From positions 1 through 58,767 of IMG/VR virus record IMGVR_UViG_3300036770_002992: 58,767 nt of DNA. One strand, given 5' to 3'. The DNA is from a virus. Taxonomy: Duplodnaviria > Caudoviricetes. The position numbers were made by a program, and so were the translations under genes. Position 1 is the stretch's first letter; every line of letters starts with the position of its first letter. The notes beneath the pieces were generated by a model, which saw only the letters and a program-made list of their open reading frames with translations, did no database searches and was not told where the DNA came from. This document shows positions 15,754-23,910 of the stretch, in pieces.

Positions 15754-16911
15754 TTATACCTTAAGCAATGGAATTTTTTCCATCTTAGAGGCCTTAGCCT
15801 TCATATCAATAAGTTCAATCGCTTCCGACCACTTATATTTAATTATAAATATGTTAAAGTTTTCCACAACAGTCTTATAGTTTTTTTGCCGCTCAAACTC
15901 TCTTACCTCTGGGTCCATCAATTGCTTAAGATGCTTCAACCATTCTTTATTATTTTTAGCGATTCTGCCAGCACCAATATCTGCAAGGTCACGATATTCC
16001 TGTGTGTTAGAGGCCACAAACGGTATTCCAGATAGGGCGTATTCCAGCCCCTTAAGGTTGCTCTTAGCCTCATTAAACGGGCTAGGGTGAAGTGGCACGA
16101 TGCCAATATCTATGGGCATAAAAATATTACCGTAATACTGTGGCCTTGCCCCCGTGTATCCAGAAACTTTGGCTGGGTCGATATTGAGCGCTTCCGCTGC
16201 CCAGTCTGGCCTGTTTAGCATAATTCCTGAGTGATGAAATTTAAGATTGTTTTGCTCAATAATAGTCTTTAGTGGAGCGGACACTTCAACCAAATCGTTG
16301 ACCCTCCACATCATGATTCCGACCCAACCAATAGTAGGTTTATTTCCAGAAAGATCCATTCGATACATAAATGTCTTTGGATCTAATGAATTAGGGACAC
16401 GATATACCGTATCGTTATACTGCAACATTCTTTTTTCAAGGAACTTTGTGCTAGCGATAATACCGTCTGCCACCGAATATGTTGATATAAGATGTGCGCG
16501 GTTATTGTCTGGATTCTTTTCTGGGTCGGTGGTAATAAAGGCTAAATTGTCTTCTGGTAATTTTTCAAAGTGGTCGTCTGTATCAATAATTACAGTCTGA
16601 CCTAATTTTCTAGCCTCTTCAATATATTTGGGGGCGTCCTTATGCATGAATAATTTAAGGACCACTACATCTAATTTGTCGAAGCACCAGTCGTAATTTT
16701 TTATAACACCGATCCTGCCAGCCTTCAGCCTTTCATAAGGTTTAATGGCAACGAACCCTTCTCCATCTTTCCAACCAACTTCTCCAACAATCGCCTGGTG
16801 ACCTATTTGATTAAGATTATGTGCAGGTAGCATCATTCGTACATTAGTGCAGCCACCAGGCTGACCCTCTATATGGTCGCCCCAATCTGTTGAAAGAAAG
16901 CCTATTCTCAT
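15754..16911 (-). CDS. Glycosyltransferase, GT-B fold (GT4-like)
   Basis: IIDTDD, IGWVG, DIGIVPL...FNEAKSNLKGLEYALSGIPFVAS. Confidence 0.85.
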   Translation of the reverse strand: MRIGFLSTDWGDHIEGQPGGCTNVRMMLPAHNLNQIGHQAIVGEVGWKDGEGFVAIKPYERLKAGRIGVIKNYDWCFDKLDVVVLKLFMHKDAPKYIEEARKLGQTVIIDTDDHFEKLPEDNLAFITTDPEKNPDNNRAHLISTYSVADGIIASTKFLEKRMLQYNDTVYRVPNSLDPKTFMYRMDLSGNKPTIGWVGIMMWRVNDLVEVSAPLKTIIEQNNLKFHHSGIMLNRPDWAAEALNIDPAKVSGYTGARPQYYGNIFMPIDIGIVPLHPSPFNEAKSNLKGLEYALSGIPFVASNTQEYRDLADIGAGRIAKNNKEWLKHLKQLMDPEVREFERQKNYKTVVENFNIFIIKYKWSEAIELIDMKAKASKMEKIPLLKV

Positions 16912-16930
16912 TTAATCTCCATTAAGTAGA

Positions 16931-16975
16931 TATGGCGGGGACTGTTGCCGCAATGGTTTGTTTGTCCCCGCCATA
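16931..16975 (-). terminator. 12-bp GC-rich inverted repeat downstream of the SLT gene
   Basis: TATGGCGGGGAC/GTCCCCGCCATA with a 21-nt loop; no strong U-tract. Confidence 0.55.
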
Positions 16976-16987
16976 CATATTGCTACA

Positions 16988-17611
16988 CTAAACTTTTTCT
17001 GGGGTGCATTTCTTGGGGAACAAACTCCATCCAGTATTGAAAGGAGCGATAACCCATGAATATGTCAGTCCAGATCCCCACAAGGAGTAATACATGCCCG
17101 CATCCACATACCATGAATCATTCTTATGCGAGTATCCATACCCCCAGTTATGCATCAGGCCTTCATCAAAGAAATACTTCTTTACGATGACCGCCTGCTG
17201 ATATCTATCTAGCATTACAGACCTAGACCACCAAGACTTTCCAGACCAAGCGCTCGTCTGTATTTGGGCCCATCCTAGGGCACCTGAATACCACCGACTT
17301 GATTCGTCAAGGTTCTGATGCTTAGACTCGCGGTAGGTGATTGCCCACATTCCTCTAAGCATTCCAGGCTTTGTAAATCCTGCCTTAAAAAGAATTTTGG
17401 CTGGCTTATCGTTACATTTTTCTGGTAAGGACCAAGCCTTCTTTTTATTTGCTGCTCTTTCTAATGCATCAGCGGTGACAGAACTACCTGCATCTTCCGC
17501 CAAGGGCGCAGACTTAGCATACGCCATACTTGGTACTGCAATAAACGTGATTGCAAGAACTATTGCGGCAATCCAGTTCATTGCCATTCCAAATTGGTTT
17601 TTTGTCGTCAT
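16988..17611 (-). CDS. Secreted lytic transglycosylase (SLT/lysozyme-like)
   Basis: Signal peptide (..PSMAYA), LFKAGF...WAITYRES catalytic Glu, GALGWAQI; AAAGGAGG SD before ATG 17611. Confidence 0.75.
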   Translation of the reverse strand: MTTKNQFGMAMNWIAAIVLAITFIAVPSMAYAKSAPLAEDAGSSVTADALERAANKKKAWSLPEKCNDKPAKILFKAGFTKPGMLRGMWAITYRESKHQNLDESSRWYSGALGWAQIQTSAWSGKSWWSRSVMLDRYQQAVIVKKYFFDEGLMHNWGYGYSHKNDSWYVDAGMYYSLWGSGLTYSWVIAPFNTGWSLFPKKCTPEKV

Positions 17612-17641
17612 ATTGACCTCCTTTGGCGGCAACATTATTCT

Positions 17642-17670
17642 ACTTTACAGTAGTAATTCCTATTAGTCAA
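17642..17670 (-). promoter_or_regulatory. SigA-type promoter TTGACT-17-TAAAGT
   Basis: Near-consensus hexamers with a 17-nt spacer in the intergenic gap. Confidence 0.65.
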
Positions 17671-17994
17671 TTATTTATAATACTCGGCGTGCCCGCTATC
17701 AATCATTAATTTATTAATGCTAGAGATTTGATCGGCAGTAAATATTTCTGCCAGTACCCGACCGTACTTATCGTCTTGATCTAATTGAGTCTTAACAGTA
17801 ACAGTAGATCCAGCGGGAAGCGTCTTCGCCAAAAATTCTGTAGACCTTTTCCCAAGTTCAGTAAATCGTTCGGGAGCATTAATAAGGAGAAGTCTCACCC
17901 TTTTGGAAATTGTTACATGAAAACCCAAGTCAATATCCAGGTCTACTGTGTCGCCATCGACAACTTTAATAACTTCTGCACTATATGTATACAC
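17671..17994 (-). CDS. Thermonuclease (SNase) family protein
   Basis: KVVDGDT, RVRL..INAPE, DKYGRVLA. Confidence 0.88.
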   Translation of the reverse strand: MYTYSAEVIKVVDGDTVDLDIDLGFHVTISKRVRLLLINAPERFTELGKRSTEFLAKTLPAGSTVTVKTQLDQDDKYGRVLAEIFTADQISSINKLMIDSGHAEYYK

Positions 17995-18102
17995 TTTTAT
18001 CCCATTTGATAATTTCCACCATGTTGCTGTATATATTAATGTGGGGCCTGATCACATATCCGCCTTCCGATTTTACTAGGCAATAAAATGTAAAGTATGA
18101 CA

Positions 18103-18489
18103 TTAGAATGTCACGGGGCACAGATATGTTCTCGCTCCAACAATAAGAGCCGCACCAAACTTAGCCCCTGCATCATTGCCCATATTATTATTAACTAAAG
18201 CCTGAGCCAAAACCTGAGTAATCTCATCTTCTGAAAGACCGCCAGCGAAACCCTTACAGATAGTATCTCCAAGACCAATCAGATCGGACTCGTTGGCAAT
18301 CTCTCCATAAGTTCCACCATTCTGCCTAACAAATTCTACAAATTTCTGAGAGTTTGTGATCGCACCATCGTCTACATTAGGCGCGGGGGCCTGCTCAGTA
18401 ATTGTTACTGTCGGGGATGGATCTGCTTGTGAGGTACAACCTACTATAGCCACCGCAGAGACAGCGGCGGCGATAATAATCTTCTTCAT
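18103..18489 (-). CDS. DUF732-like lipoprotein
   Basis: Signal peptide with IVGC lipobox, P/T linker, LIGLGDTIC...A..YLCP two-Cys domain typical of actinobacterial DUF732. Confidence 0.75.
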   Translation of the reverse strand: MKKIIIAAAVSAVAIVGCTSQADPSPTVTITEQAPAPNVDDGAITNSQKFVEFVRQNGGTYGEIANESDLIGLGDTICKGFAGGLSEDEITQVLAQALVNNNMGNDAGAKFGAALIVGARTYLCPVTF

Positions 18490-18528
18490 AATTAATCCTT
18501 TTCTATAAATGACTTGCCCACGACACTA

Positions 18529-18557
18529 ATAATATAGTAATCGTGGGCGGATGTCAA
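18529..18557 (-). promoter_or_regulatory. SigA-type promoter TTGACA-17-TATTAT overlapped by inverted repeat GCCCACGA/TCGTGGGC
   Basis: Consensus -35 and near-consensus -10; 8-bp inverted-repeat arms (18516-18523, 18541-18548) flank the -10. Confidence 0.7.
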
Positions 18558-18560
18558 TGA

Positions 18561-18722
18561 TTATGCCTGTCGTGAAAAGATGGCATCAATCTCTGCAACA
18601 TGTGATGGTCCAAATCTAGAAGCATCTCTCCTAGCCTTTTCCCATTCTGACTGAACTGTAAAGGGTCCGCTTGTGGCTGACCTAAACATTTCTGCAAAAT
18701 AATTTCCTAATGCTTTCATCAT
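18561..18722 (-). CDS. Small hypothetical protein (53 aa)
   Basis: AAGGAGG SD and own promoter; C-terminal PSHVAEIDAIFSR. Confidence 0.75.
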   Translation of the reverse strand: MMKALGNYFAEMFRSATSGPFTVQSEWEKARRDASRFGPSHVAEIDAIFSRQA

Positions 18723-18747
18723 ATCCTCCTTGTGGGTTGATACTTTA

Positions 18748-18776
18748 ATCTTATCAGGTAGCGAATGAGGGGTCAA
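18748..18776 (-). promoter_or_regulatory. SigA-type promoter TTGACC-17-TAAGAT with extended -10 TG
   Basis: Hexamers and spacing seen directly in the sequence. Confidence 0.65.
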
Positions 18777-18802
18777 ATTTTAAAAGCCTTTTGTGAGCAG
18801 TC

Positions 18803-18970
18803 TCACTCATCGTAGTCCCACCGAATAATCATCATGGCATACTTTAAGCCTTGTTTAAACCACTCAGCCTCAGAAGAATAATCTTCTGCAAAGGGGGTCT
18901 CAATGCATTCTTCTATTTGTTCTGAGAATCTATCCCGCCAATACTTTTGACATTCATCATTGCTGTGCAT
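18803..18970 (-). CDS. Small hypothetical protein
   Basis: Start trimmed to MHSNDEC because the longer ORF overlaps tRNA-Asn. Confidence 0.6.
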   Translation of the reverse strand: MHSNDECQKYWRDRFSEQIEECIETPFAEDYSSEAEWFKQGLKYAMMIIRWDYDE

Positions 18971-18977
18971 TTCCACG

Positions 18978-19049
18978 CTGGCCTGGTAGGATTCGAACCT
19001 ACAACCCATCGGTTAACAGCCGATTGCGCTGCCATTGCGCCACAGACCA
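18978..19049 (-). tRNA. tRNA-Asn(GTT)
   Basis: Acceptor TGGTCTG/CAGGCCA, anticodon arm ATCGG-CTGTTAA-CCGAT, T arm GTAGG-TTCGAAT-CCTAC. Confidence 0.93.
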
Positions 19050-19061
19050 CTATCTAAAACG

Positions 19062-19132
19062 CTGGAGAATCAGGGGTCGAACCTAAACTAAATGTTCCAA
19101 AGACATTTGTGCTGCCATTACACCATTCTCCA
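19062..19132 (-). tRNA. tRNA-Gln(TTG)
   Basis: Acceptor TGGAGAA/TTCTCCA, anticodon arm AATGT-CTTTGGA-ACATT, T arm TTAGG-TTCGACC-CCTGA. Confidence 0.9.
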
Positions 19133-19135
19133 TGA

Positions 19136-19237
19136 CCGATGTGCCAGCGGGTAACTACACCATCCCAAGGTTATCTGCACGTTTGACTAACTTCATACTG
19201 GAATCAACCGCGTAACTCGGCATTGCTGGCACATCGG
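19136..19237 (-). ncRNA. Candidate ~102-nt structured ncRNA of unknown family
   Basis: Perfect 13-bp closing stem CCGATGTGCCAGC/GCTGGCACATCGG plus internal helices; fills the gap between a stop codon and tRNA-Gln. Confidence 0.55.
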
Positions 19238-19240
19238 GGC

Positions 19241-19615
19241 CTATTCTGTTATATCGAAAGCGGAGCCTTTCCACATCTTGCTGGACTGCTCTCTTCTCCT
19301 CATAATAGCATTTCTTTTTGATTCTGCCCAGGATTTTCCTGAATCCCCACCCCATAAAAGCCATGCTATAAGACCATTAGAGGGGTAACCTTCCTCCCCC
19401 TGACTCCAGCCCTTGCCCTTTTTATCAACAGCGTGACGGCTGAAAAATGAATGCATTCTTAATACAGTAGACTCACTAAGATTTTTTTTATTTGCAATAT
19501 CTCTTGCGCGTGCAATACCTACAGAGGTTCCTCCGCGATTAAATTCATCTCGCAGAGCAAGGCCACGACGGGCGTTAGACGCCATAGAATCTGTCGGAAT
19601 GTATGATTCAGCCAT
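19241..19615 (-). CDS. Conserved phage hypothetical protein
   Basis: ARRGL...GGT.VG.ARAR.IA....LS..TV.RM.SFFSRH, G.IAWLLWGGD.G..WA motif, recalled from phage head-associated proteins. Confidence 0.75.
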   Translation of the reverse strand: MAESYIPTDSMASNARRGLALRDEFNRGGTSVGIARARDIANKKNLSESTVLRMHSFFSRHAVDKKGKGWSQGEEGYPSNGLIAWLLWGGDSGKSWAESKRNAIMRRREQSSKMWKGSAFDITE

Positions 19616-19739
19616 TATATTTCTCCCATGTCCAAAAACTTATGTAATATGCATGAAAATGTGTTTGACAGACATACATTTTGGTTTCGTTTATTTGACC
19701 AATCCATTCGGCTGGCTGCCCACAAAACATGCATTCCAT
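19608..19739 (-). CDS. Small Zn-finger-like protein
   Basis: MECMFCGQPA...VCQTH; start trimmed to avoid TrmH overlap. Confidence 0.5.
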   Translation of the reverse strand: MECMFCGQPAEWIGQINETKMYVCQTHFHAYYISFWTWEKYNG

Positions 19740-19743
19740 AATA

Positions 19744-20304
19744 TTATAGCATTCCAATTTTGGTTGCATAATCATACATAATAATTCCACTAGCAACACT
19801 AACATTAAGACTTCTAACACTACCAAGTTGAGGAATCATCACAACATCATCGGCCATACCAAGACCCATTGGGCTAATACCCCTAGCCTCTTCACCAAAG
19901 ATCATAAAAGTGTTTGGATTCCACTCGTATTGCGTGATCGGAATAGCCCCAGGCACATTATCTACCGCCACCCAGCGCATGTCTCTAATATGCGGCTCAT
20001 TAAGATAAATATGGTCTAAAGATGGAGCATATTTAAGATGAATATAATTTTGTGTACCTACTGCCCCGCGCCTGTCCCACCTCTTATTACCAATGATCCA
20101 AGATTCTTTTGCAAGAAATGCATTACTATTTCTAATTCCAGAGGCCTTGTTAAAATCACCAGAAATATTTTCAAAACCTACAATAAATGGTAGGCGCTTA
20201 GTATCAAGGTCCGCCCTGATCTGATCATTTTCCCATTGCTTGTAATAATCAATTACGTTCCGTGTATCCTGGGTCTGGGAAACCGCCACTCCATGGTCCT
20301 CCAT
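19744..20304 (-). CDS. TrmH/SpoU-family (SPOUT) RNA 2'-O-methyltransferase
   Basis: N...FN....IRNSNAF, FGEEARGIS, IPQLGSVRSLNVSVASGIIMY. Confidence 0.9.
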   Translation of the reverse strand: MEDHGVAVSQTQDTRNVIDYYKQWENDQIRADLDTKRLPFIVGFENISGDFNKASGIRNSNAFLAKESWIIGNKRWDRRGAVGTQNYIHLKYAPSLDHIYLNEPHIRDMRWVAVDNVPGAIPITQYEWNPNTFMIFGEEARGISPMGLGMADDVVMIPQLGSVRSLNVSVASGIIMYDYATKIGML

Positions 20305-20629
20305 TGTATGCTCCTGTACTATAAATAAGATACATCATTGATTTTTCATCTTCGGTAAGTTCTTCTGACTGGACCCATTCCTCCGATTTATCGGTAAGAT
20401 AGATATAGGCATTTCCATCTTCATCCATCTTTAAATCTATAAATCCTTTAAACCATAAAGAATTCAATATGTCTGAGTCCATTTGTCTCATCCACTCTAC
20501 AAGTTCTTGCTGTTCTTGATAGAACAATTCAGTAACCTTATAGATTGGATCTCCAACAGGATTATATCCTACCACCTCAATATAGCCTCGCTCAAGCATT
20601 ATCTGGATAAGTTCCTCATTCATATCCAT
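20249..20629 (-). CDS. Hypothetical protein (possible winged-helix repeats)
   Basis: 126-aa acidic ORF with MLERGYIEV and LWFKGFID repeats. Confidence 0.65.
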   Translation of the reverse strand: MDMNEELIQIMLERGYIEVVGYNPVGDPIYKVTELFYQEQQELVEWMRQMDSDILNSLWFKGFIDLKMDEDGNAYIYLTDKSEEWVQSEELTEDEKSMMYLIYSTGAYNGGPWSGGFPDPGYTERN

Positions 20630-20630
20630 A

Positions 20631-22409
20631 TTAAACCATCCCTATAGATTGGATATAGTCATCGATGTTGTTTTGACCACTAGAAGGAGGCTGAATAATA
20701 TTTTTTCTAGCCTCTTCTTCTCTCTGGTCCCGAATAAACTGTTTATATGTATGCACTTCTATCTCAACTTCGCCAGAGTCTTTTCTAGTATTAGAAATAG
20801 AGTTATAGATAGAACCACACACAGCATCAGATAGATCCTTGCTACCCTTTCTAGGATGGTCAACTTTATCACGGATAATTCTTAGTTGCAAAAGTTCATC
20901 TGTAAGCAGTTTAATGCTCGGGCCAATAATTCTTTCTTCCCCTACGAGCATTGCCATGTCATCATAATGTTTTTTAGCCACGGATAATGTCTCTGTTTGT
21001 ATGCCAATCATTTTTAATTCAGTCATAATGTCATGTGAGTTCCATCTGTCAAACGTGACCTTTTTAATATTAAATCCACGCGATCTTAAATCTACTATAA
21101 ACTGTTTAACTTCTGAAAAGTCTACAGATTTATCAGATGTAGGAGTCCACCATCGCACACAATCAACGACTACTATGGGGCTCACAACGTTATGCCCCAT
21201 AAAACTTTTAAGATGTACCCATCTATCAACATGAGACATAGCAACTGCACAATGATCATGCTTTTGAGCAAGATCAACATGGACATAGTATTCTTTTCCG
21301 TCCTGAGGAATAAACCAATCTTTAAACCTGCCCTCATCATCAACGCCGTTCATAGGCTGATTAAAGCACGCAAGGATTTTTTCCTTAGACTTAAAGAATG
21401 CGTCCACAGCATCTGGAGGCATACATGCAAATCTACCAAGAGCATCTGTAGGGTTATTATAAAAAGCAATTTTAAAATCATTTATCGACCTAGTTGGATT
21501 TACTTCCCAGGTTGGCCTCTTTAATGCAAAAACTTTAGGATATTTGTATGCATTAATCTGATCCTCCTCCCACTCAATGGTGAACTCGTTTTCTTTAACG
21601 TCGTCCAATTCATCATCAAGTTTGAAAGTGTGAGATCTAACGATTACATCTTTGTCTGCAATAACAGCATTATATCTTTGCTGAATAAAATCGTCGCGGT
21701 ATCTTGGGAATGAAAGAAGTACAACCTTTCCAACATCTGGGAACCGTGAATCTACAGAGGCTCTATACATATCATAGATCGCCTGACCTGTTTTTGCCTG
21801 CTCGTTACCGCTTGTTGATACTGTACTGAAGCCAGAAATCTCATCAAGAATCACACAGATAACGTTATATCCCTCCCAAGACTCTCTTTCTGAGTGACCC
21901 GAGTGACATGTAATAGATTTATCGAACGACACGCTTTGTGCGGTAATATTATATTTTCCAACAAACCAGGGGGAGTCTTCAATCCTTTTACGAAAGCCCT
22001 TGAAGAATACATTTTTTGCCTGTTCGGAGTTAATAGCGATATTAATAATATCAATGGAGTCTCCTGGAGGCTTACCAAAATATTTGGCGGGATCTTTAAG
22101 GCACAATAAAAGATATACAAGGTAGGTGACAGATATGGTAGATATATAATCTTTGCCGCTGCCCTTTCCTAATTGAAGAATTACTTCGTTACAGGTCTGA
22201 CGGCTTCTTTTTACGCCCTCTTCGTCTCCATATAATTTAACCAGGGTATCTTTTTTGTATACCTGCGTCATTGCTTTAATTGCCTGGTACTGAAATTCTG
22301 AAAGAGGCGGAAGGTGAAGGTAATCTTCATTTGTAACAAATTCTTCAATATTCACAGGATGTTCTTCAAATTCATCTTCCTCTAGAGCAGATATAAAATC
22401 ATCAAACAT
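20631..22409 (-). CDS. Terminase large subunit
   Basis: Walker A GKGSGKD, Walker B VILDE, RNase-H-like nuclease HVDLA...FDRWNS...KDLSDA. Confidence 0.92.
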   Translation of the reverse strand: MFDDFISALEEDEFEEHPVNIEEFVTNEDYLHLPPLSEFQYQAIKAMTQVYKKDTLVKLYGDEEGVKRSRQTCNEVILQLGKGSGKDYISTISVTYLVYLLLCLKDPAKYFGKPPGDSIDIINIAINSEQAKNVFFKGFRKRIEDSPWFVGKYNITAQSVSFDKSITCHSGHSERESWEGYNVICVILDEISGFSTVSTSGNEQAKTGQAIYDMYRASVDSRFPDVGKVVLLSFPRYRDDFIQQRYNAVIADKDVIVRSHTFKLDDELDDVKENEFTIEWEEDQINAYKYPKVFALKRPTWEVNPTRSINDFKIAFYNNPTDALGRFACMPPDAVDAFFKSKEKILACFNQPMNGVDDEGRFKDWFIPQDGKEYYVHVDLAQKHDHCAVAMSHVDRWVHLKSFMGHNVVSPIVVVDCVRWWTPTSDKSVDFSEVKQFIVDLRSRGFNIKKVTFDRWNSHDIMTELKMIGIQTETLSVAKKHYDDMAMLVGEERIIGPSIKLLTDELLQLRIIRDKVDHPRKGSKDLSDAVCGSIYNSISNTRKDSGEVEIEVHTYKQFIRDQREEEARKNIIQPPSSGQNNIDDYIQSIGMV

Positions 22410-22927
22410 CAGAAGCCCTCCGCCTTGCCTGTGACTTCTTCTAGTCGCCTAAAGACTTCTCTCTTACAATGATCGCAGTCTGCCACGACCTCTTTAAGAA
22501 TCTTGACCAATATTTCTTGCTTACGCTCAGTATCAATGATTTGTTGAGCGATTTCGCTATCCTCAATAAGCCCAGCCTTTTGGAGCATGTCTATCTGCTT
22601 TTGCTGAATATCCGCGACGATCTTAATGCCAGCAGTCTTTTTACCCAGATCTCCAACTGTACCAGCCTGATTAATAACATCCCAACCCTCCTCAATTAAC
22701 ATGGAGTAGTGCCGATCGGCCCCAGATAAAGCCTCTCTTGCACGCATCTGTATCTGTCTATCACTTTGAATAACAGATCTCCACTCATCAAGATATTCTT
22801 GTACTTCCGCCCGTTTAAATCCAGTTGCTCTTGCAATAGCGGCAGGATTAGTTGTTCCCTTAAGGAATACATCAACAACTTTATTAATCTTTTCCCAGCG
22901 TTCTGCGAGAACTACATCAGTTGACAT
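22409..22927 (-). CDS. Probable terminase small subunit (N-terminal HTH plus coiled coil)
   Basis: HTH-like NPAAIARATGFKRAEV; directly upstream of and coupled to TerL. Confidence 0.55.
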   Translation of the reverse strand: MSTDVVLAERWEKINKVVDVFLKGTTNPAAIARATGFKRAEVQEYLDEWRSVIQSDRQIQMRAREALSGADRHYSMLIEEGWDVINQAGTVGDLGKKTAGIKIVADIQQKQIDMLQKAGLIEDSEIAQQIIDTERKQEILVKILKEVVADCDHCKREVFRRLEEVTGKAEGF

Positions 22928-23219
22928 TCATCTTCTTCCTAATACTTTTTTTAGCATGGACAACGCCCTTTAGTTTTTCAACATAGAATGAGCGATATTC
23001 TCCTGTAGAAGGAGAGTAACAATCTATCCAAGTAACATCTTTCTTAATATTGTGAGCAAGTCTAATAAATCTGAAAGATCCGCGAATATCTTTAAATTTT
23101 AGCGAATCTCCTGGTTTAATGATATTCTTTCCAAACTTTAGTTCATAGAATACTGAGATATCTGGATTAACCTTATACGATGGCTGTTCTTCGGAATCAT
23201 TAACCCTTTTCTTAGACAT
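22917..23219 (-). CDS. Hypothetical basic protein (SH3-like)
   Basis: IKPGD...G.FRF...WIDC...RSFY. Confidence 0.65.
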   Translation of the reverse strand: MSKKRVNDSEEQPSYKVNPDISVFYELKFGKNIIKPGDSLKFKDIRGSFRFIRLAHNIKKDVTWIDCYSPSTGEYRSFYVEKLKGVVHAKKSIRKKMNVN

Positions 23220-23231
23220 GACTCTCCTTTA

Positions 23232-23408
23232 TTAAGTGGCAAAACCGCTTCCGCCACGGGTTGGAGCCCAGACCATTCCTGGTGAATCAATATTTCTTAC
23301 CAACCTTACGCCACAGTCTGGACAAATAGCATTATTTCGCTCTTCCATCTTTAAAAGCATCTCATGTGATTTGTCACATTCAATGCATGTAAAGGTATAT
23401 AACGGCAT
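23232..23408 (-). CDS. FmdB-family zinc-ribbon protein
   Basis: MPLYTFTCIEC...CPDCG...GSGF. Confidence 0.85.
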   Translation of the reverse strand: MPLYTFTCIECDKSHEMLLKMEERNNAICPDCGVRLVRNIDSPGMVWAPTRGGSGFAT

Positions 23409-23749
23409 TACTTCCATGTCTCCTTTTGTGCAATACTCAATAATACCAGATAACCTATCAGATCGTCAAGGGTGTCTTCGCCAATGAACTCTGATCCACG
23501 CTCTATTCTAGACAATTTATCATCAATTCGAACCTTAATTTGTTCAATAGTATTTGATTTAGAAAATACCCTTACTGGTTCTAATACAGAGTTTCCGTAT
23601 GATTTATTTTTGGAGATTAGCATGTTTGATATTCTTTTGCACTCTTGCTCAATAGCCGACTGTGTATTAGTTTTTGGAGAGATTCGTTCGCGCACATCCT
23701 TCATTTCATTTATGTCTTCAAACATCGTTTCCCAAGTTTTTTCAATCAT
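23408..23749 (-). CDS. DUF1599 / nucleotide-modification-associated domain 1 (Nmad1)-like protein
   Basis: KNKSYGNS, RIDDKLSRI, EDTLDDLIGYLVLL. Confidence 0.75.
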   Translation of the reverse strand: MIEKTWETMFEDINEMKDVRERISPKTNTQSAIEQECKRISNMLISKNKSYGNSVLEPVRVFSKSNTIEQIKVRIDDKLSRIERGSEFIGEDTLDDLIGYLVLLSIAQKETWK

Positions 23750-23910
23750 CTTTTTAACTTCCTTTGATCTCTAATTAATCCAAATTTAGTCAGATATCTA
23801 TAAATAGTCTGGTGGCTGACTCCACATTCTTTTGCTATCTCTTCAAGACTTTTCTTTTCTACCGCATATCTTTTAGTAAGATAAGCCTTATTTTCATATA
23901 GTTTAGCCAT
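23746..23910 (-). CDS. Small HTH DNA-binding protein (54 aa, not in ORF track)
   Basis: LY....YL.KRY..EKKSLEEIAKECGVSHQTIYRYL.KFGLI. Confidence 0.8.
   Translation of the reverse strand: MAKLYENKAYLTKRYAVEKKSLEEIAKECGVSHQTIYRYLTKFGLIRDQRKLKR

Noticed and set aside
18971-19364. ORF extension to 19009 and ORF 19155-19364
   Set aside because: They overlap tRNA-Asn, the structured RNA candidate or the better-supported 19241-19615 gene.
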